This document shows positions 1 through 7,493 of a stretch of DNA of 21,560 nucleotides, one piece after another. Under the pieces are notes generated by a model. That model searched no databases. It was not told the DNA's origin and was given only the letters and a program-made list of their open reading frames with translations. Every line of letters starts with the position of its first letter. Positions within the stretch are counted from its first letter, which is position 1. This DNA is from Promethearchaeota archaeon (GTDB lineage Archaea > Asgardarchaeota > Lokiarchaeia > Sigyniarchaeales > SOKP01). The position numbers and the translations under genes are program-made. The stretch lies in assembly GCA_019058015.1 (NCBI GenBank), contig JAHLWH010000135.1:1-21560 (forward strand), in the 5' to 3' direction.

Positions 1-349
1 CTATTCCTTTTAATAATATTGCATCATAATAACATTTTTTAATCTCTGGACCGAAAGTGCCCCCTGTATTGTCATCCCCCCATTTTCCCGTTATAGGAGA
101 CTTCCCAGCAACCATATATCTCCCAGAAAATGGTGTGACTGTTCCAGTAACTAACCCGGGAAAAAATCCTAGTATTGAATCAGAACCTAAAGGATCAAAT
201 TTTATTGGAGTATTCTCATAAATTAATTTACAACCCAATCCATAACCGCCAAGATATTGCCGATAAATACTTTCAGATAAGTTTTCTTCCTTAAATGTCT
301 CATCAGAAAGGTCGATCCATAAAATCTTACCAAAAAATCCGTTTCCCAT
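1..349 (-). CDS. aor: Aldehyde:ferredoxin oxidoreductase family (W/Mo-pterin), N-terminal part; runs off the window edge
   Basis: Not in the ORF track. Manual translation from ATG at 349: MGNGFFGKILWIDLSDETFKEENLSESIYRQYLGGYGLGCKLIYENTPIKFDPLG...SGRYMVAGKSPITGKWGDDNTGGTFGPEIKKCYYDAILLKG. This has the AOR N-terminal motifs GKIL.IDLS, YLGG.GLG, DPLG and KSP.TG. Confidence 0.92.
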   Translation of the reverse strand, partial: MGNGFFGKILWIDLSDETFKEENLSESIYRQYLGGYGLGCKLIYENTPIKFDPLGSDSILGFFPGLVTGTVTPFSGRYMVAGKSPITGKWGDDNTGGTFGPEIKKCYYDAILLKGI

Positions 350-502
350 AATTTAAATATTAAAAAATTGAAATTTATTTATATTTTTATAATAAACATA
401 ATGATATATTAGTTTTAAATTGTCTAAAATATAAGATTACTTATATACTCAAATCTATACGAAATTTAGGAAGAATAAAAAATTATTAGAGGTTAATATA
501 AT

Positions 503-721
503 TTGGAATGTATTAATACCCAAGATGAGGAATGGGCTAAAGATTGGAAACTAATTGTTGAAATATTTGATACAATTGATCATTTTGAATCACTTTTAAA
601 GAAATTAGATGTGAATTTCCTAAGAGAAGTCCATCAAAAAGTTTTAACTTTAAATATGAAAAAATACGCGTGGAGTTTGCAAAATTATATAATTGAAAAA
701 TATTCTAATGAAAAAATTTAA
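503..721 (+). CDS. Small, probably helical hypothetical protein (72 aa)
   Basis: TTG start with GAGGT Shine-Dalgarno-like motif at 489-493; protein-like amphipathic composition; fills an otherwise empty gap; no motif recognised. Confidence 0.7.
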   Translation: MECINTQDEEWAKDWKLIVEIFDTIDHFESLLKKLDVNFLREVHQKVLTLNMKKYAWSLQNYIIEKYSNEKI

Positions 722-861
722 TTATATCATTCTCTTAAAAAATTTCTTTTGTTCAAGAAGTATAAATTTGATTTAGGAAAATTTTTTACACCTATTCTTT
801 TTATATAAATTAAAAGAAGATCTTTTCATAATAGCATTAACTCATTTCGAGATAAAATAGA

Positions 862-2196
862 TTGGTACGTCCCCCTCCGACAGAAAAAAATATTTGCATC
901 CGATGCAAAGGAGCAAGACTCTTATGTGGAAAAAAGACTTGTCCGATTTTAAAGAAAACATCTATTTTAAAATCTATTTTACCTTTTGAATTGGGTAAAA
1001 CCTTACATAATATAGATGTATTTGGTCCCAGTCCTCCCGGCTTCTTCGTAGGAAGGTACAATTATCCGAAAGTATTTGTTGGACCTTTAGTCCCGTTTAG
1101 AGAATATGTAGAAAAATTAAATCTTAGTGATTTTCATATTCTTGATGCTCCAGAATTATGGTATGGGAAGCAATCTGACGATGTCATAAGTTATCGAAGT
1201 AGCCTAGTTCGGAGTAATTTTAAGATAAATGTTAATGTGGGGAGTAAAAAAGCCAAAACATCCCCCCCAACTCAAGTTAAAAAATTACTAGAGACTTCAC
1301 AAGAGTTATCAATGGCGGCTAGACCTGTAGATACTGAAACCTACATAGAAAAATTAAATCTTAATCTTATAATGGATAACCATGCCTTGCCGATTGGACC
1401 ATCTGGAACAACTAAGAAAATCAGAATTACTGAGAATGTAAAAGTCCATCCTAAAGTTGAATATTGCGTTTCGGATACGGATTTGAAAGCAAGTGAGGCA
1501 ATAGGGGATTACTTATTCTTAAAGGGACGCGTTCCATTTTCAACGATTCAAAGAATATTTTCAGCTGGATTACTAGGTGAAGAAAAAAAACGTAGGTTAG
1601 TTCCAACAAGATGGTCTATAACAGCGATTGATGATATTGTATCTAAACGATTGATTAAAGAGATTAAAAAATTCCCTGAAATTAATAATTTTCAAATTTT
1701 TGAATCAACTTATCTTGATAATCACTTCAAAATTTTATTATTTCCAGGAAAATTTTTATATGAAATGAATGAAGTTTGGGCTCCAAATTCTCTATGGAAT
1801 ATCTCCCTTTCGGGGAAAAAAATACCTCTACAACCCCAAATTGCAAGTGATATGGAATTTTATCGTGGTAGGAAAAATTATGCAAGTAATATAACTGGTG
1901 CATATTACTCAGCACGTAAATCAATATGCGAATATCTTTATAAAATAAAAAGACAAGCAAGAGTTCTAGTATTTCGCGAAGTTTCAGCAGGATATACTGT
2001 CCCATTGGGTGTCTGGGTAATTAGAGAAACCGTTAAAAATGCAATGGATTTGGAAAAACCATTAATTATAGATAATTTCGATACAGCTCTAAAGAAAATG
2101 TCTGAAGGATTAATAGTTGATTTAAAATATTGGAAAAAATACAGTAAATTAATCAATTTTATTAAAACTCAAAAAACTATTGATAGCTTTTTTTAA
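862..2196 (+). CDS. nreA: Archaeal Nre-family DNA repair protein (PCNA-interacting)
   Basis: N-terminal CIRCKG..LLCG...CPIL Cys cluster; SPP.FFVGRYNYPKV.VGP, RRLVPTRWSITAIDD and Y.VPLGVW.IRE motifs; C-terminal PIP box QKTIDSFF. Confidence 0.93.
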   Translation: MVRPPPTEKNICIRCKGARLLCGKKTCPILKKTSILKSILPFELGKTLHNIDVFGPSPPGFFVGRYNYPKVFVGPLVPFREYVEKLNLSDFHILDAPELWYGKQSDDVISYRSSLVRSNFKINVNVGSKKAKTSPPTQVKKLLETSQELSMAARPVDTETYIEKLNLNLIMDNHALPIGPSGTTKKIRITENVKVHPKVEYCVSDTDLKASEAIGDYLFLKGRVPFSTIQRIFSAGLLGEEKKRRLVPTRWSITAIDDIVSKRLIKEIKKFPEINNFQIFESTYLDNHFKILLFPGKFLYEMNEVWAPNSLWNISLSGKKIPLQPQIASDMEFYRGRKNYASNITGAYYSARKSICEYLYKIKRQARVLVFREVSAGYTVPLGVWVIRETVKNAMDLEKPLIIDNFDTALKKMSEGLIVDLKYWKKYSKLINFIKTQKTIDSFF

Positions 2197-2329
2197 TCAA
2201 ATGTCTCTCTTCTTAGATTCAATATAATATTATCTTCATAACACACTATTTTTTCATTTATTTATTGTCAATTTCCCTTTAGATACCTCTATTAAGCAGG
2301 TTATTTTATTCTAAATTTAAGGAATTAGA

Positions 2330-2608
2330 TTGGCAAGCGAAGCCTTAAAAAAACAAAAAAGAATCCCTCAAGTTGAGATATTTATTTCCGAGCATTGTTA
2401 TTTTTGCGGAAAAATGGAAGAAATTTTATTAGATTTACAAAAATTTTATAATTTCCGTATAAAAAAAGTGGATGTAGATAAAATTCCAACAAAAGATATT
2501 TTAAAATTGCCCACCATAAGAATAAATGGTGGAAAAGATATTATTGGGTTTATGCCTAAGGAGGATCTTAGTGCGATGTTAGTGAGACAACTATATTCTA
2601 AAATTTAA
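2330..2608 (+). CDS. Thioredoxin/glutaredoxin-fold protein
   Basis: Beta-strand followed by CxxC (VEIFISEHCYFC), cis-Pro loop LPTI.ING and IIGFMP..EDL; TTG start with AAGGA upstream. Confidence 0.82.
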   Translation: MASEALKKQKRIPQVEIFISEHCYFCGKMEEILLDLQKFYNFRIKKVDVDKIPTKDILKLPTIRINGGKDIIGFMPKEDLSAMLVRQLYSKI

Positions 2609-2665
2609 AAACACAATTTTAACTTGAATTAATTTCAAAAATTATTATTTCTTAGATTATTTATA

Positions 2666-2686
2666 TATAGAAAATTTTTTTATATT
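2666..2686 (+). promoter_or_regulatory. Probable BRE/TATA promoter of tRNA-Leu
   Basis: Purine-rich AGAAAA followed by TTTTTTTATAT, about 20-35 nt upstream of the tRNA 5' end. The AT-rich background limits certainty. Confidence 0.45.
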
Positions 2687-2703
2687 ATTCAATTTATAAA
2701 ATA

Positions 2704-2788
2704 GCGGGAATCGCCAAGTCTGGTCAAAGGTGCTGGACTCAGAATCCAGTGGCAAAGGCCTTCGAGAGTTCAAATCTCTCTTCCCGCA
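2704..2788 (+). tRNA. tRNA-Leu(CAG), class II, no intron, CCA not encoded
   Basis: Acceptor stem GCGGGAA/TTCCCGC with discriminator A; D arm GCCAAGTCTGGTCAAAGGT; anticodon stem CTGGA/TCCAG with loop CT-CAG-AA (anticodon 2740-2742); variable arm GGC-AAAG-GCC; T arm GAGAG-TTCAAAT-CTCTC. Confidence 0.95.
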
Positions 2789-2998
2789 CTTCTCCTATAA
2801 AATTATAAAAAGAAATTTAAAATAATCCATTATGTCAACTACTGAAATCATTCCAAATATATTGAAAAAATTCGATTTTTTCTTTTTTTTAATATTTTCT
2901 AACATAAATTCATAGTTGAATATGAAATTATTTTATTGACTATATTCTATATAATATTATAATAATTGATTTGAATCATTAATTAAGAGTTAATTTAA

Positions 2999-3754
2999 AT
3001 GTCTGACAAACAACAAAATCCACAGGAAGAAGTTAAAAAAGAGGATAATGGAATCCCTCCTATTATAAAAGAAGAAATAAAAGTATTCCAATTTAATGAT
3101 GAATTAGGGGAATATGAAGAATTAGAAATTGAAGAAGATTTAGAACTGTATGAATTGCTTAATCCAGAGTTTATATTATTATTTATAGACCCAGATCATT
3201 TCCGAGTTTGGATTTGGCAAGGAACTGAAACGACAACCAGAATGAAATTTATTTCAGCAAAAACTGCTCCAAGTTTAAGAGATCAGCATGGATTATCGTA
3301 CAAAATAACATCCGTTGATGAGGGTGATGAAGTTAAAGCCTTTAAAATATTTATTGGTTTAGAAAAGGAGGAGGATTTTGAAGCTGAGGAATTGGGCCCT
3401 GCTTATGAAGGGAAAAAAGAAGATCTTGAATTACTTGAAGAATTATCTAATGAGAAGATAATTTTATTATTAGAAAAATCAGGACTTCCACAGGGCTATG
3501 AAAGAGATTTAGTAATTGTTAAAAATAAGCTTTATGCCTATAGAGAGTATGACAGGGACTATTTAGGTTCTACAATAAAAGAGAAGAAGTTATTTCCTTT
3601 AAAAGAAGCAGTTCCAGATGGTCCTTATTTAGCTGAAGATTATATCCCTCGCTTTTTATTTAGTTTTAATTCTGTTGTGCTGACTGAACTCTTAAAAAAA
3701 AAACCTAATGTTGATAATACTCATATATCAACAATAAATGAAGTAAATCAATAA
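2999..3754 (+). CDS. Asgard gelsolin-like actin regulator: one gelsolin domain, acidic linker and C-terminal domain (1DGelX-type architecture)
   Basis: Gelsolin-domain pattern L.P.FILLFID....VWIWQG..TT.RMKF.SA..A...R......I..VDEG.E...FK (about aa 50-120); Glu-rich linker; C-terminal PQGYERDLVIV...PDG.Y..EDY.PR.L....V..ELL segment resembling the Asgard domain X as recalled. Confidence 0.8.
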   Translation: MSDKQQNPQEEVKKEDNGIPPIIKEEIKVFQFNDELGEYEELEIEEDLELYELLNPEFILLFIDPDHFRVWIWQGTETTTRMKFISAKTAPSLRDQHGLSYKITSVDEGDEVKAFKIFIGLEKEEDFEAEELGPAYEGKKEDLELLEELSNEKIILLLEKSGLPQGYERDLVIVKNKLYAYREYDRDYLGSTIKEKKLFPLKEAVPDGPYLAEDYIPRFLFSFNSVVLTELLKKKPNVDNTHISTINEVNQ

Positions 3755-3777
3755 ATTATAGAGTCTTTAACAGAAAT

Positions 3778-3918
3778 ATGAGCTATAGAAGGCGAAAAGC
3801 AAGAATTATTCGGAAAAGAGAAAAAAAAAGGCAATGGTTAAGTTTTTTCATTATAATGATTTTTTTTATCGCTATTATTGTAGCGATATTTATTGCTGTT
3901 CTTTCAATTCCAAGTTAA
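3778..3918 (+). CDS. Small single-pass membrane protein (46 aa) with a basic N-terminus and C-terminal TM helix
   Basis: Shorter than anything in the ORF track. Manual translation: MSYRRRKARIIRKREKKRQWLSFFIIMIFFIAIIVAIFIAVLSIPS*. It starts 23 bp after the gelsolin stop on the same strand. Confidence 0.7.
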   Translation: MSYRRRKARIIRKREKKRQWLSFFIIMIFFIAIIVAIFIAVLSIPS

Positions 3919-3989
3919 TATTACGTAAATTAACTAACTTTTTCGTGTTGTTGACAATTTTAAGTTAATTTAAAAATTATCTTAACAAA

Positions 3990-4832
3990 CTATAATTTAT
4001 TTAATTTAGATAAATTCTTTTTGATATATTCTGTTAAATTTCGGTTAGAAGCAATAATCGAGCATTTCGATTTAATTTTTAGTGGTAATTCCAGCGGTAA
4101 TCCCTCATTTGAAAAAATTATTCCGCCTGCTTCTTGAACAATTAGAATACCTGCAGCGCAATCTAATATTCTTAGAGTTCCTCTTATATCTATAAATAAA
4201 TCAAGTGCTCCCTCTGCAACTTGGCATAATTCTAAGGCGACAGATCCCATCGTACGAACTTTATACACTTCGTCGATAATGGGTTTATACCTCTGTACAA
4301 CCCTCGAAAATGGCTCGGAGGCATTTAATGCCATTCCAATTACTGCTCTATCTATATCATCAAGTTTAGAAACAGAGATCGGTTTATTATTGAGATAAGC
4401 TCCATTTCCTTTAATCGCCCAGTAGATATCTTTGGTGTATAAATTAAGGATTACTCCTTCGGTTATATTTCGAGAGTTTGGCCCATTTGCATGTGCCACC
4501 GAAATACAACAAAATGGGATACCACGATTTGCATTTAAAGATCCATCAATTGGGTCCATAATAATATAATCCATACACTTATCATAGTTCTTTTTATCTC
4601 CAAGATATTTTTCACCAATTTCTTCACTTACTAAATGAAAATCTATATTTTGTTTTTTAATCATCTCTATTAAGGCTCGCTCTGCAATTGAATCTATCTT
4701 AGTGGTAACATCACCACCCGCCCCCTTTTCATCAGAAATTTCTGCCCCTTCCAGTGTTCCTAAAAAAGGATGTACTTTATCATATGCGACTTTTACTGCT
4801 TTTTTTAGAATATCAATCCATTCAATAGACAT
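3990..4832 (-). CDS. suhB: Bifunctional inositol monophosphatase / fructose-1,6-bisphosphatase (SuhB family)
   Basis: GAGGD.T..ID..AE, SEE.G, DPIDGS.N, R.MGS.ALELC.VA.G.LD and D.AAG..IV.EAGG motifs. The start is more likely ATG 4832 (MSIEW) than 4877. Confidence 0.92.
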   Translation of the reverse strand: MSIEWIDILKKAVKVAYDKVHPFLGTLEGAEISDEKGAGGDVTTKIDSIAERALIEMIKKQNIDFHLVSEEIGEKYLGDKKNYDKCMDYIIMDPIDGSLNANRGIPFCCISVAHANGPNSRNITEGVILNLYTKDIYWAIKGNGAYLNNKPISVSKLDDIDRAVIGMALNASEPFSRVVQRYKPIIDEVYKVRTMGSVALELCQVAEGALDLFIDIRGTLRILDCAAGILIVQEAGGIIFSNEGLPLELPLKIKSKCSIIASNRNLTEYIKKNLSKLNKL

Positions 4833-4960
4833 GATTTTTCTCTCAATTAAATCATTATAATAAAAAAATTTACTCATTTTTCAAAATAAAATTTCAATAA
4901 AAAATTAAAAAATGATTCCCAATATGTCGAAAAATAAATTTCTTATATCCCAATATAATT

Positions 4961-5266
4961 TTACATCAATTCTATTTCCACTAAAACGGTCTCGGGAATC
5001 TGAATCTTCATAATTAAGTGCATTGAACGCTCCCCTGCGATGATATCTATTAATCTCTTATGGAGTCTCATTTCGTATTTCGCCCAAGTACTTGTACCCT
5101 CACCGCAAGGACTCTTCCGAACAGGGACAACGAGTCTTTTAGTAGGTAAAGGAATTGGACCATACTTTTTTATACCAGTTTGCTTACAGACTTCCTCTAT
5201 TTGTCGACAAACATTTTTTATATCATCCAAGTCATTAGAAGATAAACGTATCCTTGCTTTTTGCGA
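4961..5266 (-). CDS. rps10: Small ribosomal subunit protein uS10; start codon non-canonical or uncertain
   Basis: GPIPLPTKRL.VPVRKSPCGEG..TW..YEMR.HKRLIDI. The conserved N-terminus QKARIRLSS lies in frame at 5263-5237, upstream of the TTG (5230) used by the ORF track. Confidence 0.93.
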   Translation of the reverse strand, partial: SQKARIRLSSNDLDDIKNVCRQIEEVCKQTGIKKYGPIPLPTKRLVVPVRKSPCGEGTSTWAKYEMRLHKRLIDIIAGERSMHLIMKIQIPETVLVEIELM

Positions 5267-5564
5267 GTTTTTCTCACCGGTGTTGTATAGACTTTTTTTA
5301 GATTTGTAAATATTTTAATAATTATTTTTAATTAAATTTTATCTTTCTTCATGCATCTTACTTTTACAACATTTAAGAAATTGGAATATTTGATTCATTC
5401 TAACTTAAATTAATTTTGATTTCTCTTCTAAAAACAATTTGAACTTAAATAAATTAAAATTATTAATAAATATAGATAAAGAGAATAAGAAAAACAGAGA
5501 AAATTGCTTTTTTGGCGTAATAAATAGATATTTTCTTGAAGCAATAAAAATATTTCTACAATAC

Positions 5565-5978
5565 TTAAAAAACGTAAGTTTCAAGTTTAAGATTTGGAAG
5601 AATTTCCCTTAATCTTTTTTCAGTTGTGTGGAATATCATCTTTTTATTCAGCGACAAAGCAATAGTATAACAATCATTATAAGATAATTCTGCAGGATAT
5701 TGACATTTTAATAATCCAGCTTTAAAAATAAGTGACTGATTTAAATTCACAATTTTTACAGGATATGTATTAAGAAATGTAGCAATAGTTGTTTCTGCAT
5801 TTGCTTTTCCCTTTAATTTACATATATGATAAAAAGCTTCCACAATTATGGATGAAAGAGCATATGCTTCAATTTTTCCAGTCTTAACAGAATTCATTAA
5901 TTGTAAAATTTTCTTAGGGGGAATTTTAGAATATAGCAGAGTTATGATTCCTGTATCTAAACATACCTTCCCTTTCAT
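5565..5978 (-). CDS. vapC: PIN-domain VapC toxin / ribonuclease
   Basis: VCLDTG.I, conserved Glu in IIVEAF, LSYNDC..IA.S and HTTE; directly abuts the upstream AbrB-type gene. Confidence 0.88.
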   Translation of the reverse strand: MKGKVCLDTGIITLLYSKIPPKKILQLMNSVKTGKIEAYALSSIIVEAFYHICKLKGKANAETTIATFLNTYPVKIVNLNQSLIFKAGLLKCQYPAELSYNDCYTIALSLNKKMIFHTTEKRLREILPNLKLETYVF

Positions 5979-6242
5979 TTATTGTTCCCTTTCCAATTCT
6001 TCCTTTCGAGATTTTTCCATCTCATTTTTCATTTCTTCTTTACTATAAGAATTTTTTCTTATAATCTCAGGATCTTTTATAGGAATAATTTTAAGAGTGC
6101 CCTCGTTTTCAACTATAAGAACTTTATCTCCATCTTTTAAATTATAACTTTTCCTAAATGTTGCTGGAATTGTAATCATACCGCGATTGGTAATTGTAAC
6201 CTCTTTTTCATTAACTAATTTTTCAAACTCCATTTTTTTCAC
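5979..6242 (-). CDS. vapB: AbrB/MazE/SpoVT-family antitoxin (VapB)
   Basis: ITNRGMITIPATFRKSYNLKDGDKV swapped-hairpin signature; the stop is immediately followed by the vapC ATG. The start may be ATG 6233. Confidence 0.88.
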   Translation of the reverse strand: MKKMEFEKLVNEKEVTITNRGMITIPATFRKSYNLKDGDKVLIVENEGTLKIIPIKDPEIIRKNSYSKEEMKNEMEKSRKEELEREQ

Positions 6243-6330
6243 TGATTAATAAAAAGAAATACTAAGTATAAATAAATTTTGCCTAGTAAATATTTAATAT
6301 AACAAGTATGGTATTAGGTAATTGAATTTT

Positions 6331-7467
6331 TTAAAATCTTAAAAGAAATTGATTTCCTAAATGAACATTATTTAAATATTTTTGGGCGATTTCTAAACAT
6401 TCGAATGCTTGCTCTTTTGGGGTTATGGGTAAATCTCTCATCATATAATCCGGATGAAATACTAATAAACTATAGGGAATCTCTTTATTTATCGATGCTA
6501 TAAATTCTGCAATTTTTTCCACTTCCTCGACCGTCGTATAACCTGGTACTAATAATGTGCATCCGCTCATTTCTGGAACATTTAGACGAGTTCCAAAGTA
6601 TTTTTCTGCCAAGAATTTGAAATTTTCATAAGTACGTTTATTTGAAATACCGCATAGAGCAAGATTCAAAATTTCATGGTAACTTTTTAAGTCAAATTTA
6701 ATATTTCCACCACTTTTAAGTGCGATTTGCACGCATTTCTCAACCTGTTTTTTATTTCCACTACCATTCCATTCCCAGCATATACGCATTTTTCTTTTAG
6801 GATCTGTTTGTTGCAATTTTTCTAAAATTTTTTCTGAGGCAGCAATTGTAAATAGAAATTGGCATTCTGGAGTCCCTCCAAAGTAGCATACACATGTAAT
6901 TTTTTTATTTTTAATGAATTCATTCACATAATCATCAATTCTTTTAATGTTGTTTTTAGAAAAGTGTTTATGAGACGCATTTTGACAAAATAAGCAATCG
7001 AAAGAGCATCCATACATAAACGCAGCATAACTATATGTTCCAATCTCTGGACCAGGAAAATTTGAATATTTCGGATAACCATAAGCCGTTCCCGCAGGAC
7101 AAAACCATGCATTACAACAATTGGTTGGATTCATATCTAAATATCCATGCATATATGATAAGGCTCTTGAAGGCATAGGAATCTCTTTAGATTTATCTAT
7201 ATTAATCATTCTTAAACCACAATAACTAATATCTCCTAACTCTAGAGAACATTCATTTATGCATAAATTACAAGAAAATCTTTTTTTTGAATCTTCAATA
7301 TTTGGGGCTATTTCAGGTAAGCCCTCTGTTTTTCTAATTTGTTTATGTATATGTAATACATGCTCCTTTACCTTTTTTCTCTCTTTATTTAAAATACAAT
7401 CTCTGCATATTTGTAATACCTCTGATATCATCGTACCCGTTTTTCCACAAAATTTACATGTTCCCAA
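6331..7467 (-). CDS. Radical SAM enzyme, PFL-activating-enzyme-like / AmmeMemoRadiSam-like, with Cys-rich N-terminus
   Basis: CxxxCxxC motif (GCSFDCLFCQN), YFGG.P, WEWNG, KFDLK, LLVPGY, LL.FHPDY.M.DLP.T and VHLGN; extra N-terminal CxxC pairs and CNLCINEC..YCG. Confidence 0.88.
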   Translation of the reverse strand: MGTCKFCGKTGTMISEVLQICRDCILNKERKKVKEHVLHIHKQIRKTEGLPEIAPNIEDSKKRFSCNLCINECSLELGDISYCGLRMINIDKSKEIPMPSRALSYMHGYLDMNPTNCCNAWFCPAGTAYGYPKYSNFPGPEIGTYSYAAFMYGCSFDCLFCQNASHKHFSKNNIKRIDDYVNEFIKNKKITCVCYFGGTPECQFLFTIAASEKILEKLQQTDPKRKMRICWEWNGSGNKKQVEKCVQIALKSGGNIKFDLKSYHEILNLALCGISNKRTYENFKFLAEKYFGTRLNVPEMSGCTLLVPGYTTVEEVEKIAEFIASINKEIPYSLLVFHPDYMMRDLPITPKEQAFECLEIAQKYLNNVHLGNQFLLRF

Positions 7468-7493
7468 AAGATTCTTACTCCATTTATTATTAA

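Noticed and set aside
837-2156. ORF-track entries 837-1061, 1727-2005 and 1938-2156 on the minus strand
   Set aside because: Antisense shadows of nre with no motifs.
862-2196. Nre with C-terminal PIP box as a novelty
   Set aside because: This is the described architecture of archaeal Nre proteins.
2704-2788. Reading the TCA in the anticodon loop as tRNA-Sec
   Set aside because: Stem pairing puts U33 at 2739 and the anticodon at CAG; the 7-bp acceptor stem, A73 and short variable arm fit Leu, not Sec.
2789-2998. Integrated element at the tRNA 3' end
   Set aside because: No integrase, and no second copy of the tRNA 3' end was seen in the window.
3834-4877. Imperfect 29-bp inverted repeat (25/29 identical; 3834-3862 versus 4849-4877) flanking suhB
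   Set aside because: Low-complexity AT sequence; one copy lies inside the TM-coding part of the 46-aa ORF; no transposase or target-site duplication. Probably chance.
5218-5277. Programmed -1 frameshift from the out-of-frame GTG (5277) into the uS10 frame
   Set aside because: The A runs are only 5 nt and give no proper X XXY YYZ heptamer; GGTGA is better explained as the ribosome-binding site.
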